From Azolla caroliniana (Eukaryota > Plantae > Polypodiophyta), in NCBI GenBank assembly GCA_043228905.1, contig JBHGNT010000010.1:1860001-1924000 (forward strand): a stretch of 64,000 nt of DNA, written 5' to 3'. Of the stretch, positions 1-12,567 are shown in pieces (position 1 is the first letter of the stretch; each line of letters starts with the position of its first letter). The translations under genes and the position numbers were made by a program. The notes below the pieces were generated by a model that saw nothing but the letters and a program-made list of their open reading frames with translations, did not search any database and was not told the DNA's origin.

Positions 1-232
1 TCTCTTACGTTGAACCCCTTGGGAGGGGGGTGGAGCCATTCTAAGCACCACCCCCCACCCCACAATGCTTCTCAATGCACATAATGCTATCACCCCACAA
101 TGCTTATCAATGTTTATTAATCTCATCATCACTCCACAATTCTTGTCGTCGCACCCATCATTATCATCTTCATCAACACCATTTATCATCAACCCTAACC
201 CTAAAACCATACAACACTATTTTGGCAACCAC
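1..232 (+). mobile_element. 3' part of an LTR plus degenerate PBS, same family as the LTRs of 47626-51032
   Basis: 1-216 aligns by eye to ~47943-48150 and ~50826-51032 (ttgaaccccttgggaggggggtggagccattcta...aaccctaaccctaaaac..acaaca). It is followed by tggcaaccac (223-232; cf. tggcgaccac). Confidence 0.8.
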
Positions 233-499
233 AACGATGAACCGCCTTTGAAGATGTGCGAAAAATGACAGAAACGTGCAAATTACGTTGACGATGTTTG
301 GGAGATGTCAATGAATGCTACACGATGAAAATGTGTGAGAAAGCACGAAATGGGAAACGTCGAGAGTGCAAGAATGACAACGAGGTATGTGTGCGTGTGT
401 AGGAAATGATGATGTTTGTGCGAGTGTGCGGATAACGATAACGTATGTGGTCCAAAAAGCGTGGTGCAAGATGCAACATAAACACGGTCGAACGTACAA

Positions 500-675
500 C
501 AATACATATATGATATAAATTAATAAACAAACCACTGACCTCACATTCAACATACTTGCACTGTTGTACATGCACACAAATTTGAACATAAACACTCAAG
601 TTCATATACAATTACAAGAAAAAGGAAAGTAAATAGATTGAAGGTTACCCATTTTCCACCATCAAAACCCACTTT
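500..675. repeat. Dispersed repeat, also at ~63061-63235 and ~63850-64000
   Basis: gatataaattaata.acaaaccac.gacctcacattcaacatacttgca...gaaggttacccattttccacc.tcaaaaccca is near-identical in the first two copies; the third is more diverged and cut by the window end. Confidence 0.85.
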
Positions 676-699
676 CAATGGTTCAATTCCCTGGTGGTA

Positions 700-1005
700 C
701 ACTATGTAGAACTCTAACTATCACTATGTTGAACATTCTTGTCTTCGCCAGGTCTATTGAACTACCACAATGCAAAACATTCTTTTCTAATATGAATTCC
801 AACTTAGTAAACAAACCTTCAAGCCATATCATCACTTTACTAGCTTTACTCGACCTCTATAGTGGATAGAGTGACAATTTTTTATAAATTCAACATCCAC
901 ATCCAATGAACAACTATAATTCCAACAGTGAATATATAACTAGTGGTGCTTTTGTTTTGCCCATGCATTTCACAGCTTCTCTCCAAGTAAAGATTACCTA
1001 TGGCC
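700..1005 (-). mobile_element. Degenerate Copia RNase H relic joined to a block found upstream of the gene paralogues
   Basis: Similar to 28302-28608 and ~15090-15370 (ORF 15192-15455 reads HKSTTSYIFIVG...IFALITIEVE, a decayed RKSTTGY...VALSTTEAEY). Confidence 0.6.
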
Positions 1006-1468
1006 CTGGGGGCTCCACTATATATAAAGAGGTTGTATCATGTGCGTTCACGACATCTTTTATTATACCCCTTATACGTATGTTTATTATTATTTTAGAG
1101 ACCCTTTTGTAAAAACAGTTAATAAAAATACTGCTTAATGTAAATATATATTTTGACAACAACTCATTTTAAATGCCCTTACATAGAAAATACATGTATG
1201 CTCAATATATGTGTATATGTATATATTATATTGTATTGCATATGTTGTATATATTTTATGTATGGGTTATGTGTATGTATTAACATGTATGTATTGTATT
1301 ACATGTGAATGTACATATGTAGTGTATTGTATTCCATGTTTATATATGCATGTATTGTACTGTATTACATGTGTTGTATATAGTTTATATATGGCATGTA
1401 TGTATGTATCTATGTGTTATATGTGCATGTAAGTGTAATGATATGTGTGTGTATATGTATGTTACATG

Positions 1469-2698
1469 CATAGATTGAAATATTCGCATTCGTGGGGCCT
1501 CCCCCACGAATCCCAACGAATGCGTATACGAATATTTCTTCTAATATTCGTTAACTTTTTTTTCCCCCTTTTTTTCCCCTAATTTTTTTTTTGGAAAAAA
1601 TTCAGTCGACGAGTAGCGAACAGAGACTTTCTGTTTTCTTGCCTTTCTCTCTCGCCTGCTCCCATTGAAGCTCCAATCCTCCTCTGCATCTTCCTGCGCG
1701 CAATCTCTTCTTCTTCGCAGTCTACAGAAACAACAGATTCAGGTATGCTCTTGCTTCTCCTCTGATTTTCCTGCAAGAAATATATGCTCTTTCGTGTAGT
1801 TTTGTTCTCTCACGAGAGAGAAGAGAGAGAATTTTTTGTTCTCGAATTTGGTTTTCATCGAATTTTTTGTTCTCGAATTTGTTCTAGAATTTCATTTCAT
1901 AAATCATAATTCGTTCCTTGTAGTCAGATTTTGTTTATTCTGCATTATGCAACAAAATATAGAAATGAAAAAATCCATGTGCATATGTACTATGAAGAAG
2001 TTGCTCTAATAAACAATGCAACCAAAGGAATGAAGAGTCTCCTTTGCTTGTGCATGTTCCAAAGTGCAGAAAAAACCAAATCAGAGTGCAATGAAAGAAC
2101 ATTGCATTATGGAATAGTTCACTGTCGCCTAATTCTTTTAGTTATTCTCATAGGTTAGGGTCCAGGGAACAACAAAGGCTGAAGGTTAATTTACACAATG
2201 GTGAAACAAAAGAGCTTCGAAGGATTATGCATAATTGAAGCAACATTAGATATGATCAACAAAGAAGAAGATGATGAGAGACTTTTGAGAATGCAAAATC
2301 AAGCTATTGATGAAAATGAAGCTCATAAGGACATTATGGATGACCTTGAAGATACGGATGATGAATGTGATAGTGCATAGAGTCTTAAGCATTTCGAAGC
2401 ATTACTTAGAAGTTAGAAGTTAGAACCTAGAATTTAGAAATTACAATATAACGGCTCATAATCGCTTTAATTAAAACTTTTCTTTCTTATGTTAGTGTGA
2501 TTTTGAAGACCTTCCATTTTTCTATAAATTGGTGATTTTTCCTTTTTTTTTTGAGTGAATTGAATAATTTTTATTATATAAATTTATTTTCCATAAACGA
2601 ATGGTTTTATAATATTCTTGGAGCAATTTTATATTCTCGAATGCTACGAATATTGCGGATGTCGAATACCACGCATATCACGCATGCTTCAATCTATG
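1469..2698 (+). mobile_element. Non-autonomous hAT DNA transposon (1230 bp)
   Basis: 11-bp TIR CATAGATTGAA...TTCAATCTATG; 8-bp TSD gttacatg at 1461-1468 and 2699-2706; cgaa/ttcg subterminal repeats; an acidic peptide remnant at 2198-2380 may be a transposase tail. Confidence 0.9.
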
Positions 2699-3689
2699 GT
2701 TACATGTATATATGTTTGTCCACGTGTTCTATATATGTGCGTGCATTCTATATACATATGTGCATGCGTGAACGTGTTTTATACATGTCACTACAACAAA
2801 ATAAGCTAGTAATGATGCCAAAACACATAACTATTGGCGTTGCTTATATACTATCATTGTGCAACACCTTTTGAAAGGATTAAATTTTGCTTTTACTATT
2901 TTTAATAATAAAAAAATTCTTCTCTTTATTTCTTTCTAAAAATATATGTTTGTATGTATCGATGTATGTATGTTTGTTTGCATGTATGTTAGTGTGGAGC
3001 ATATGTGTCTTCAAACCATCTTCGAAGAAGGATCACCATCTAAGCACTAAGCATGAAAGGTTGTCTTCATTCCATGCCTATGTAACAATGCATATATCGT
3101 GGCTTTGTAGAAATGAAAAACAATATATCTAAAACAACATATATAATAACAAGAATACTACACTATGAGATGTACAAGAATCATTCACAACATTCAACTT
3201 GAGCAAGAACTTCACCATATAAAAATGTTGCAATGCTAGAACAAACACACTGAGTTTTTCTCTAAGAAAAATTGAGCATTTGAGTCCCTAAGTTGTTACA
3301 ATGCAATCACTCACACATGTCAATACTTTTAACCTATAAAACATATTCTCTTCCATAGCCATAGCCATTAATCTCTCTGTAGCAAAAACAAAGTAAGTAG
3401 GCTCTGGCCCACAGAACTTTACATCAAGAACATTTAATTTGAAATTTAAAAGAAAAGTAGTGTTGGGTTATCATCAATGTAAGTATGATCAAGCTTCATG
3501 TACATGCCCTTTATCATAGTCCTTATGAAATCTGACATTTGCAAACCCACACACACAAAAATCATGCTTTTTTACTTCTTTGTCGAGCACCATCATTCAA
3601 TAAGTTGAAAACCTATAGAGTGACAATAAGAAACCAAAGGTTAATATATTGTTCGAATGAAATAACACAATCAAAATGATAGTTGCAAA

Positions 3690-3920
3690 TAAAAGATGTA
3701 GAGTAATAATCAAGAAGCATGAATCATTATACCTTCACCTCTTAAGTAATGCTACATTCTTGATCCCATGCACAATAAGATCAACTTTTTTGGTCCATAA
3801 TAGAATCTGCAGTAAACAAAAGATATAGAGTAATAATCAAGAAGCATCAATCATTATACCTTCACCTCCTGAGTGATCTTGGGCACAATAACATCAACTT
3901 ATGTGGTCCATAATATAATA
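3690..3920. repeat. ~126-bp imperfect tandem duplication
   Basis: aaaagat.tagagtaataatcaagaagcat.aatcattataccttcacctc at ~3691 and ~3818. Confidence 0.75.
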
Positions 3921-4329
3921 TGCAACCCATAATAATGTATGTGTATATATTTATAACCGTGTATGGATGCCTATCTAATGGTTTTCGCATTACTATATAT
4001 GTCTCAATGAGCTCACTTTTCTCCAAGCCATCAATGTCGGAAGCTTGAATTAACGAAGCCTACTTCCTTATAGTTTCAAAGGAAACTCCAACATTGCAAG
4101 AACTATTCAAGGTCAAGACACTCATATATGCCATTTCTTGCCCAAATAAACACATGCTTCAATCTCTTCCATTGTTTCTATGCTATCGTGCCACCTTGAC
4201 TAGTAGAGAAATTTGGAAACAAAATTTGTTCATTTAGTAAAGAAATTCGGAAACGATTAGAAGGCACCATGATATTCATGGGATGTACAAGAAGAAAAAC
4301 TCCATTAGAAATTGGAAGTTTGTCAAGGA

Positions 4330-4500
4330 AATTGTTTGTCTATAAGTGATGTGGGTGGATTTTGTGTAAATGACATTTGGTTGTTTGAATTTGTAACAGT
4401 TTGCAATAACTACAATTCGTGGGTGCAATCTTTGGGTAAAGGAATACTTACATTGAGGATGGATAGAAGAATTTTGGATGTATGTGTTTGTAGTATAAAC
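4330..4500. repeat. Dispersed repeat, second copy at ~7035-7250
   Basis: ggtggattttgtgt...tttggttgtttgaatttgtaacagtt...tacaattcgtgggtgcaatctttgg shared. Confidence 0.75.
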
Positions 4501-5242
4501 TAGCTCTGGAACTGAGGAGGGGTAGGTGAGGACAAGAGGTTCAATTTGGACTTTTAGGCTAAGGAGGAGTTGTTTCTTCATTGGGTCTCATGGGTGAGGC
4601 CTCATTTTCTATATTTGCTTGAAATGAACGCTTCAAACAAATTTTTTCCCCCATGTATAGCTTTGTTCTAAGTTGTAAATAACTTTGTTTGATGAAAATC
4701 ATGTTGCCGCGTAAAGGGGTCTACGGTTGAGAGGAATGAAGCTTTCAGTGTAGGTGAGTTGAGTGGGCCGCCAAGATTGCGACTACCTCCAACGGCCAAG
4801 ATACCTCGAATCGGTGTAGAGTTCTCTTGCCACTTTGTCCTCCCTACAAATGACTAGTGTGGTAGCTTGCAGCCTCCTTGTTCCCTCAACAAACTGAATG
4901 GCCCTACTCACCATGCCATTCACTTTTATTAATTCTTTAATAATTTTATATTTACATATTCACACTGTGGAAGACCTTTTTTTCCAACTTTTTCCAACTC
5001 TCTCTCTCTCTCTCTTACTTTTCACACACGATTTTACTCCATTCCTTATCCTCTTTTTAGTCACTTTCCCACCTTCGGGCCCATGAGATTATGACAACAT
5101 TGGATCTTGTATGGCAATGGTAAGGGTATGTGGCTTGTCTTTCCAATGTCATCACTTATAGAAAGAACTATACACGCTCTATATTGTTGTCTAGACTTTG
5201 ATGAGCCTAATTGGCCCATCATCATCTCCCTAAAGGATTCTC

Positions 5243-5580
5243 AACTCATGTTTATCATTCAAATCTATTATCCTCAAGAACAAGAAAACATTCATCCAAC
5301 TTCTCAAACTTGATCTTCAATGCTCTCCATCACTACTCCCTTGTGCCTACTCATTATTATTGCTATTTCACCATTCCCTAATTCAATGTATTTTGATATG
5401 TCTCTCCCATTGAATCTCTGAACATTGTCAACCACTTTCTCCACCACTAGACTTATGTATGTGGCCTTGTTCCTTGCTAAAGAGTTTTGTTCCACAACAA
5501 CAAATGATAGTTGAGCAATCTTCACTTTTTTTAATTATTGTTGTAATTTTCTCTCTCTCTCAACTTTTCTTACTAGCATT
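5243..5580 (-). mobile_element. Gypsy gag-like relic, co-duplicated with the gene (copy at ~13225-13560)
   Basis: ORFs 5304-5525 and 13286-13501 share VVEKV.D.V.RFNGRDISKYIEL; nucleotide similarity over ~330 bp. Confidence 0.55.
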
Positions 5581-5988
5581 TTGCCCATATATGTTTTTTT
5601 AAAAGAAACATATATGTCTTTTGCCCATGCATTTCTCAGCTTCCCTCTAAAGAAAGATGATCTATGGCAACTTCTTTGAAGATAATTGTTAATTTCAACC
5701 CTGGACTTGAATAGTTGACATCCACATAGAGTGAGTGGCTTTTTGGATAACCCTCAATGTAATAAATAACCTTCAGAATGTGCATGCCTTTTTGTTTCAT
5801 CCTTTTTTTTGTCTCTATGGCAAGTTTCTACATTTTATCCAGATGTTAGTTAGGCCCATTTTTTGATCGATAGACATTTGTCTAGTTCATGACCAGTATT
5901 CGAGCCGACATACAACACTGTATTTCGCCATGTGTTTCTTGTGATCCCCAAACGAACATATATAGGCGGCTACACTTTATCATTCAAC

Positions 5989-6050
5989 CTTATCTCGACT
6001 AAAGAAGATCTTAACATGGTGTTTATTTGACACCTGTAAAGCCTATAAAT
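5989..6050 (+). promoter_or_regulatory. Core promoter of paralogue 1: CTTATCTC (I-box/GATA, reverse) and TATA box
   Basis: cttatctc 5989-5996, tataaat 6044-6050; similar spacing in paralogues 2 and 3. Confidence 0.65.
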
Positions 6051-6139
6051 AGGCAGCTAGAATAGGACGTCAATCCACAGTATCTCATCTCTCTACATCA
6101 ACAATACATCACACCACCACAAGCACGAAAGGAAGGAAG

Positions 6140-6251
6140 GTAAAAATTCAGTAGTGTCAAAGTGTTGTTCTGAATGTGGTTGTATTAATGCATGTATGTA
6201 TATATGTTATCATTAAGAAGGAATGGTGTGTGTTTGCTCCTCATTCATTAG
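6140..6251 (+). other. Probable 5'-UTR intron of paralogue 1
   Basis: aag|GTAAAA at 6140 and cattcattAG at 6251, 4 nt before ATG 6256; T-rich interior. Confidence 0.55.
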
Positions 6252-6255
6252 GAAT

Positions 6256-6915
6256 ATGAGGACTCTTGTGCTACTTCTGGTTGCCATGGCCATCTCCTTG
6301 GTTTCTACTGGCGCACTCAGTCGACCCAACGACATTTGCCCCGAGGCCAATGAAGCTGTCTTCCCCTACTGGTCCCTATGCTCCGATCCAGCAACCTATG
6401 ACTACTCTGGGGGTGTTTACGCCATCGAATCGGTGGGGAGTAGCGCAGGCTATGGCCAATACCTGGCGCCAGAGTGGGACTCCGAGAACTCGACCTACTA
6501 TGTCCGCCTGGTCGATGCCAATTCCTCCCCGGCCAACTACGTGTTCACACACAACAGCAGGGAAATCCGATCATATGTTGCTGTGAACGCCACTGACATC
6601 ATCATCAAGAATGCCGACACCCAGCGATTTCTGGCATGGCGAGTCGAGGGCGGGGAGAAGTTCCTCGTGGAGGCGGACACATCCGACGATGATACAAGCC
6701 AAGGATTCTTCAAGTTCACACCCGATGACTCGGTTTCCCTGGCGTGCCCTCGTATCTTAGGAGCGCGTTGCCAGGCCTACGACATCGTCTCGGGATCCGA
6801 CACCTCATCTGGACTCACCGCATACGAGGAGGATGGCGCCATCTACTTCAAACTCGCGGCCGATGATCTTGTCCCCTTTGTCCTTCGCACAACCGTATCC
6901 AAAAGCCTAATGTAA
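6256..6915 (+). CDS. Secreted ~219-aa protein, predicted beta-trefoil (Kunitz/STI- or lectin-like); paralogue 1
   Basis: GC-rich uninterrupted ORF. Signal peptide MRTLVLLLVAMAISLVSTGA. Cys pairs DICP..WSLC and ACP..RCQ. Three internal repeats of pattern (Y/I)xI..(Y/F/G)L..F. Clear homology to 61512-62180. ATG 6256 is preferred over 6223 because it matches the paralogue 3 start. Confidence 0.88.
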   Translation: MRTLVLLLVAMAISLVSTGALSRPNDICPEANEAVFPYWSLCSDPATYDYSGGVYAIESVGSSAGYGQYLAPEWDSENSTYYVRLVDANSSPANYVFTHNSREIRSYVAVNATDIIIKNADTQRFLAWRVEGGEKFLVEADTSDDDTSQGFFKFTPDDSVSLACPRILGARCQAYDIVSGSDTSSGLTAYEEDGAIYFKLAADDLVPFVLRTTVSKSLM

Positions 6916-9357
6916 CCGGTTTGCTTATGCAATGCATAATGTGCATTGATCATAATGATACATTTCTCTACTTTTGATCATGTATAGGTAAAGCGTACGT
7001 TGGGCTACTACTCCTCTTGTGTACATTGTCATATTTGTTTATCTATATGTGACGGAGGTGGATTTTGTGTACATGAATTTTGGTTGTTTGAATTTGTAAC
7101 AGTTGCATTAGCTACAATTCGTGGGTGCAATCTTTGGATAAAGGGAAGTTTACATCAAGGATGGATAAAAGAGTTAGGAATGTGTGTTCTTTGAAGTTTG
7201 TAGTACAGACGATGTTTGGGTGTTGATAAGAGGTTCAAATTAGACCATACATTATCAAAGGTTTTTTCTTGTCTACTTTATTTATGTTAATGTCCATGCA
7301 AATGTGTCCTATAGCTTAACATATTGGCAGAATAAGCCAATGCATTCTCAATATCATATACTATATAATAATAAAAATAGAGTAGTTTCTCAAATCTACC
7401 AACATAAATAGGATTTGCCATTTTATCTTATAATAACAATTTTATGTATGGATGTGTTTGGCTGAGCACAATACCATTACACGGGTTGCTATGTCAGTCC
7501 AAAAATTTGGATCTCTCTTCCCAAACTACAAAATATAACTCGTCGAATTTGTCATGATTCATGTTTATCATTGTTGATCCTTGTCATGTCATAGTGTCAT
7601 CACATGACCTAATTCCTTTCCTATGCAAGCATGCTTGTTTAGGTTCTAGTGGAAAAAAAAAGTGGTCTTTGCAAACTTTACATTTTCGTCTCTATGAGAA
7701 TTAAAGAAGAGTGGAAAGATAAAGAATTAGAATTTTTATTGTCCATAAAGAGGCCAATTTTGACCTATGGGACCAGAGTATACATGTGTTCTTGATATGT
7801 GTCTCCTTCCTAAGAAGGGGTATTCATACATTGAAGCACAAAGCCTCTATGTGTGAATAAAGCATACAAATATGAGCTCAGCCTTCTTGGTGGTGTCGTA
7901 AGTATGGCACTTAAGTTATCACTGCCTCTTAGTATGTCAGGATATCTTGAACGAATTGCACTATATGTCGAGCATGTGAAGAGCAAGTGACATTCATCCT
8001 CTACCATGCCTTCATTGCATACTTTGCATGTCCTCAAATTCGTTACATTTTGATACCATGATGCAACTTCAATGCCTAACTTGTGAGATCAAGTGCGAAG
8101 TAGTGTAAGGGCTCTATGAGCATTACTACTCATATTGGTAATGAGATAAGGTTGGATATGATCAATAGGCATTCTTGCTTTATATTGAGACCAACATTCA
8201 GGGTTGACATTTGTAATGTAGTATTCTAGCTTTGTCCTCTTAGCATCTTCCCACTTCATACTTAAATGATTCCACCAACCTTTCCTCAATCATTACATAC
8301 TGCATAACATTGCCCGAAAGCTCTAAAAGATCATCCAAACCCCATCTTCTAAACCATTTCCTTATGTCAACAACCCAACCTGATGAGAGAATCTTACTTT
8401 TATGATTCTTTTGTAGCTTACATCCAACATTCCAAGCAAGATGTGGTAATCAATGATTTAACATATTCTTGACTTTTGTAATGTATTTATATACTTTTTG
8501 GAGTGCCAATAGTTCTATGGGTTGAACAACTGTTTCCAAGAGCATAACCTGGTAAGAGGTAGAGCATTTAACTCCTAATTGCCTCCTTAAAAACATCTTT
8601 TGACTTTTCTCAATCTCATTCCATGCATTAAGAGAGATGGTGTCACCCCATACATCTATTCCATAAAGCAATACTTGAGTTACCATGACATTGAACAACA
8701 TTAGTTTTACTTCCCATCCACAAGTATCAGTTTGGTTGCATTGGTTCTCCAAAAAGTAATACGATTTCCAACCGGCTTGGAGCCTAGAATCAAAGCATGC
8801 CCTCCATTTATTTGTAATGGGTACATCAATACCAAGATATTTAAAAATTCGAACAAATTGTATATGTTCACCTCAATATGTGAGCATAGGGTAATGATGA
8901 GGTTGGATGGTTTGCACTACCATCATTTTTGTTTTCTCCACATTCACTGCTAGTCCAATATGGCAAAATTCTTCTAATACCCCAAGTAAACTTTGCCTAC
9001 TATTAGTTCATCATATGAGAAGAGTACCACATCATCTGCATATAGAAGCAATAAGATAACATGTTGCATCAATTTGGGGGCATTCAATCCTTCTTCTCTT
9101 GCAATCTTATTCACCATTTCTTCGAATTTATCAATACATAAGCCAAAGAGTGTGGGTGATAGTGGACATGCTTGCTTGACCCCCATGTTATTTAAAAAGT
9201 GCTTTGAGAATCCACTATCCATTTTTAGTTGGCATTTAACTTGTTCATATAGGCATGCAAGAGCAACTCGATACTCTAATGGCATGTCAATCTCTACCAT
9301 TCTATTCCAAAGCTCACTTCGTGGTACGGTATCAAAAATTAAATTCTTAAAATCAAC

Positions 9358-9447
9358 AAAACAGTTACAATGATTACTCTCAATGTGACCAAATCATCCA
9401 CAATGGAGTGTTTTGGTCACATTGAGAGTAATCATTGTAACTGTTTT
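9358..9447. repeat. Perfect 36-bp inverted repeat (18-nt loop) inside the LINE
   Basis: aaaacagttacaatgattactctcaatgtgaccaaa (9358-9393) and its exact reverse complement at 9412-9447. Confidence 0.9.
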
Positions 9448-9760
9448 CCCTTGTAGTCGATTCTCTTCCATGATTACTCTCAATGTGACCAAATCATCCA
9501 CAATGGAGTGTTTTGGTCTAAATCATGCTTGCCCAAGTGCTCTTTTGCTTATACTTTCAACCCATGTGCTTATCTTTTGCTCCATGATAATAATGCTATA
9601 TAATTTAACAATAGTTGAGCTCACCATTATTGTACGATAATTTGATATTTGATTCTTATCTCTGGCTTTAAATATTGGTTTAATCCAATTCATAAGACAA
9701 TCATTTGGAAATCCTTGTTTTATAGCTTGCTCTATAATTTTCATTATCCAATGACGAGTA

Positions 9761-10088
9761 CCTGGCATTGTCCATTTTAAAAGCTCCCTTGAGACGTAAT
9801 TTGCATCTGCTACTATCCCACTCGCCATCTTCTTTATTCCCTTATTGACATCATCAATATCAATACATGTAGTTCATGGTGTTTCAATTTTCTCAACCAT
9901 AGGAGTTACACCTTCATGCATATATATATCTGGCATTGTCCATTTTAAAAGCTCACTTGAGACGTAAGTTGCATCAGCTGCTTTCCCACTCACCATCTTC
10001 TTTATTCCCTTATTGGCATCATCAATATCGATACATGTAGTGCATGGTGTTTCAATTTTCTCAACCATAGGAGTCACACCTTCATGCA
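9761..10088. repeat. ~168-bp tandem duplication within LINE ORF2
   Basis: tggcattgtccattttaaaagctc...ccttcatgca twice; peptide HEGVTPMVEKIETP is repeated. Confidence 0.85.
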
Positions 10089-11649
10089 AATATAGCCTTT
10101 GTACATAGTCTAACATCTCTTCAATTGTAAAGTGGCCTTTCACATCTTCTTTCTTACCCTTGAGTTGTCCCCATGCTAGTTTTGGTTTGAGCTTAAACAA
10201 GTTTTTTCTTTTTCATCTCTTGCATTTGGAAATATCCTCGTTTCTTTCTCCTCACTACTTTCTTATACAGGTGCCATGCAACAATCTTTTCATTTCCCCC
10301 CCCTATGGACTTAAACCATTTGAGATACATCTTACATTCATCGTCGAACCAAGAATTACATGGAAAACTACACATCTTGTGCCCACCTACATGCCTCTTA
10401 AAGTATTGATACCCAATCTTAAAATCCTTCAAATCTTGCCAATTTTCTTTAACATCGTTGCTTAGAGACAAATTTAACAAATGGTTCTCCACTTCATTTG
10501 AATACATCTTGGCTTTTTCGTAGCAAGGTCGGATGATACTTTTCTATTCATCTTTCACTCCATGGCATCTATTGGTGAAATGTGGAATTGCAGGCTCTAA
10601 GTACAATGGCTTGTGGTCTAAGTCTGGAGATAGAGAACCAACTTTAAACACATTCACCAATGATAGATTACTTGCCAACATTAATGCGTAATCAACCACA
10701 CTTCCTCCACCCGAGGATGGTAAACATGTGAGCACATTTGTCAATGGGAATGTCTTTATACCATTTAGGATAATCAAGTTTGTGCAATTTAACATATGTA
10801 TCAAAAGTTTTCCATAATCTAACATGAGACAATCCTCTGAGTCACGCAATAGACAATGTTCTACTACATTTTCTTCAAATGTCTCCACATTTTGGAAAAT
10901 TCCAACTCTTGCATTGAAGTTCCCCATAATTAAAACTTTACCAAGCTTCTCAAATGAAGTATATCATGGCATAATTCTATAAGGATTGTCACAATCTAAC
11001 CCAAACCTACTATAGTAGTTTGAGTCTTTGTGAGGAATGTAACATGCAACTATATACAACTTCTCTTTCCCCAAATTAACCTCTATCCATATGTATCTCT
11101 TATAGTCATCATATTTTCATACTTTGATAAAATTATTTAAGCTCTCATGGTTGATACATGATATCTCGACACGCCCAATATTCCCTTTGGAGTGAGGCCA
11201 TATCAATTTTATGAGGTAACCGTCTATCTTAGGTATACGTTTTGCCTCATGCTCCCATGTTTCCGCCAAAAATATAATATCCATACCTTGAGCTACATCA
11301 TTGAGTCCTAAACCCTTATTCCATGGATATCCTCTACAATTCCAAAACATTACTTTCAATCGTGAATCGTTTATAGTCCCATAGGTCATTGCTTACTATG
11401 CCTTTTGAATTGCTTTCCTAGATGCATATTCGTGCCTACTACGTTCTTGCTCTTGTGGAGTTCTATCCTCCGTTATAGTGAAGTTTTACATATGTTTGCT
11501 ATCTATTATTGGAGGTTACAAAATGTGCACCTCCTCATGCGAAGGGATATGAAAGGGGCACATTCAATTTCCTAACAAGAAAATACTAAAATAAGATAGT
11601 ACTAATATGTTTTCTATTATATTAGTATTCTAACACCCCTCTTAACGTA

Positions 11650-12567
11650 AACCATTTAAGTTATTTGGCTTTTATAGATAGATGCCAATTTTATTACAAC
11701 AATTCCAATGTTTTTTATGTGACACCGGTTTCATTAAGAAATCCACCCACATTCTTGTTGTTTAGGTGTACTATAGCAACATTTCTTTTGATTCCACCAA
11801 TTCTCTAATAAAGTGATGTCTTGTTTGGATACAATGCTTGTTCTGATCTGTGATCTTAGGATTTGTTGCTAACTTTACGCACGATTGGTTATCACAAAAT
11901 ATCTTCATTCCTGAGCTTGAGAATGTCGACATTGAGCTATCATTTGTTGAAAGTTTGCATGAAACTATCATATGGGTTGAGATTGGGTTACAAAGTTGGT
12001 AATATACTAACTGAGCTACGATAACTGCCCATTATGATATTCACATAAATAGGCTAATCTAGTTTGTCCAATGGGATAATATGAATACGTCCATTCATAG
12101 ATTGACATAACCATTTAAGTTATTTGGCTTTTATAGATAGATGCCAATTTTATTACAACAATTCCAATGTTTTTTATGTGACACCGGTTTCATTAAGAAA
12201 TCCACCCACATTCTTGTTGTTTAGGTGTACTATAGCAACATTTCTTTTGATTCCACCAATTCTCTAATAAAGTGATGTCTTGTTTGGATACAATGCTTGT
12301 TCTGATCTGTGATCTTAGGATTTGTTGCTAACTTTACGCACGGTTGGTTATCACAAAATATCTTCATTCCTGAGCTTGAGAATGTCGACATCGAGCTATC
12401 ATTTGTTGAAAGTTTGCATGAAACTATCATATGGGTTGAGATTGGGTTACAAAGTTGGTAATATACTAACTGAGCTACGATAACTGCCCATTATGATATT
12501 CACATAAATAGGCTAATCTAGTTTGTCCAATGGGATAATATGAATACGTCCATTCATAGATTGACAT
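11650..12567. repeat. Near-perfect 459-bp tandem duplication containing a Copia RNase H relic (- strand)
   Basis: ORFs 11771-11971 and 12230-12430 are almost identical (KIFCDNQ.CVKLATNP...HHFIRELV), offset 459. Confidence 0.9.

Larger units (their letters stand above)
7722..11490 (-). mobile_element. Degenerate, 5'-truncated non-LTR retrotransposon (APE-RT-CCHC), RTEX-like
   Basis: APE: KVMFWNCRG, IIFLAETW, GNFNAR, SVVDYAL, DHKP. RT: GVKQACPLSPTLF, LLYADDVVL. C-terminal CKVCNEGMVEDECHLLFTC. ORF1 tail ITEDRTPQEQE at ~11396-11485. 3' end aataaaaattctaattc on the - strand. Confidence 0.85.

Noticed and set aside
1190-1468. 73-aa Tyr/Cys/Met-rich ORF
   Set aside because: Translation of degenerate (TA/TG)n low-complexity sequence.
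6223-6255. Upstream start MVCVCSSFIRN for paralogue 1
   Set aside because: It lies within the probable intron, is GTG in paralogue 2, is absent in paralogue 3 and would precede the signal peptide.
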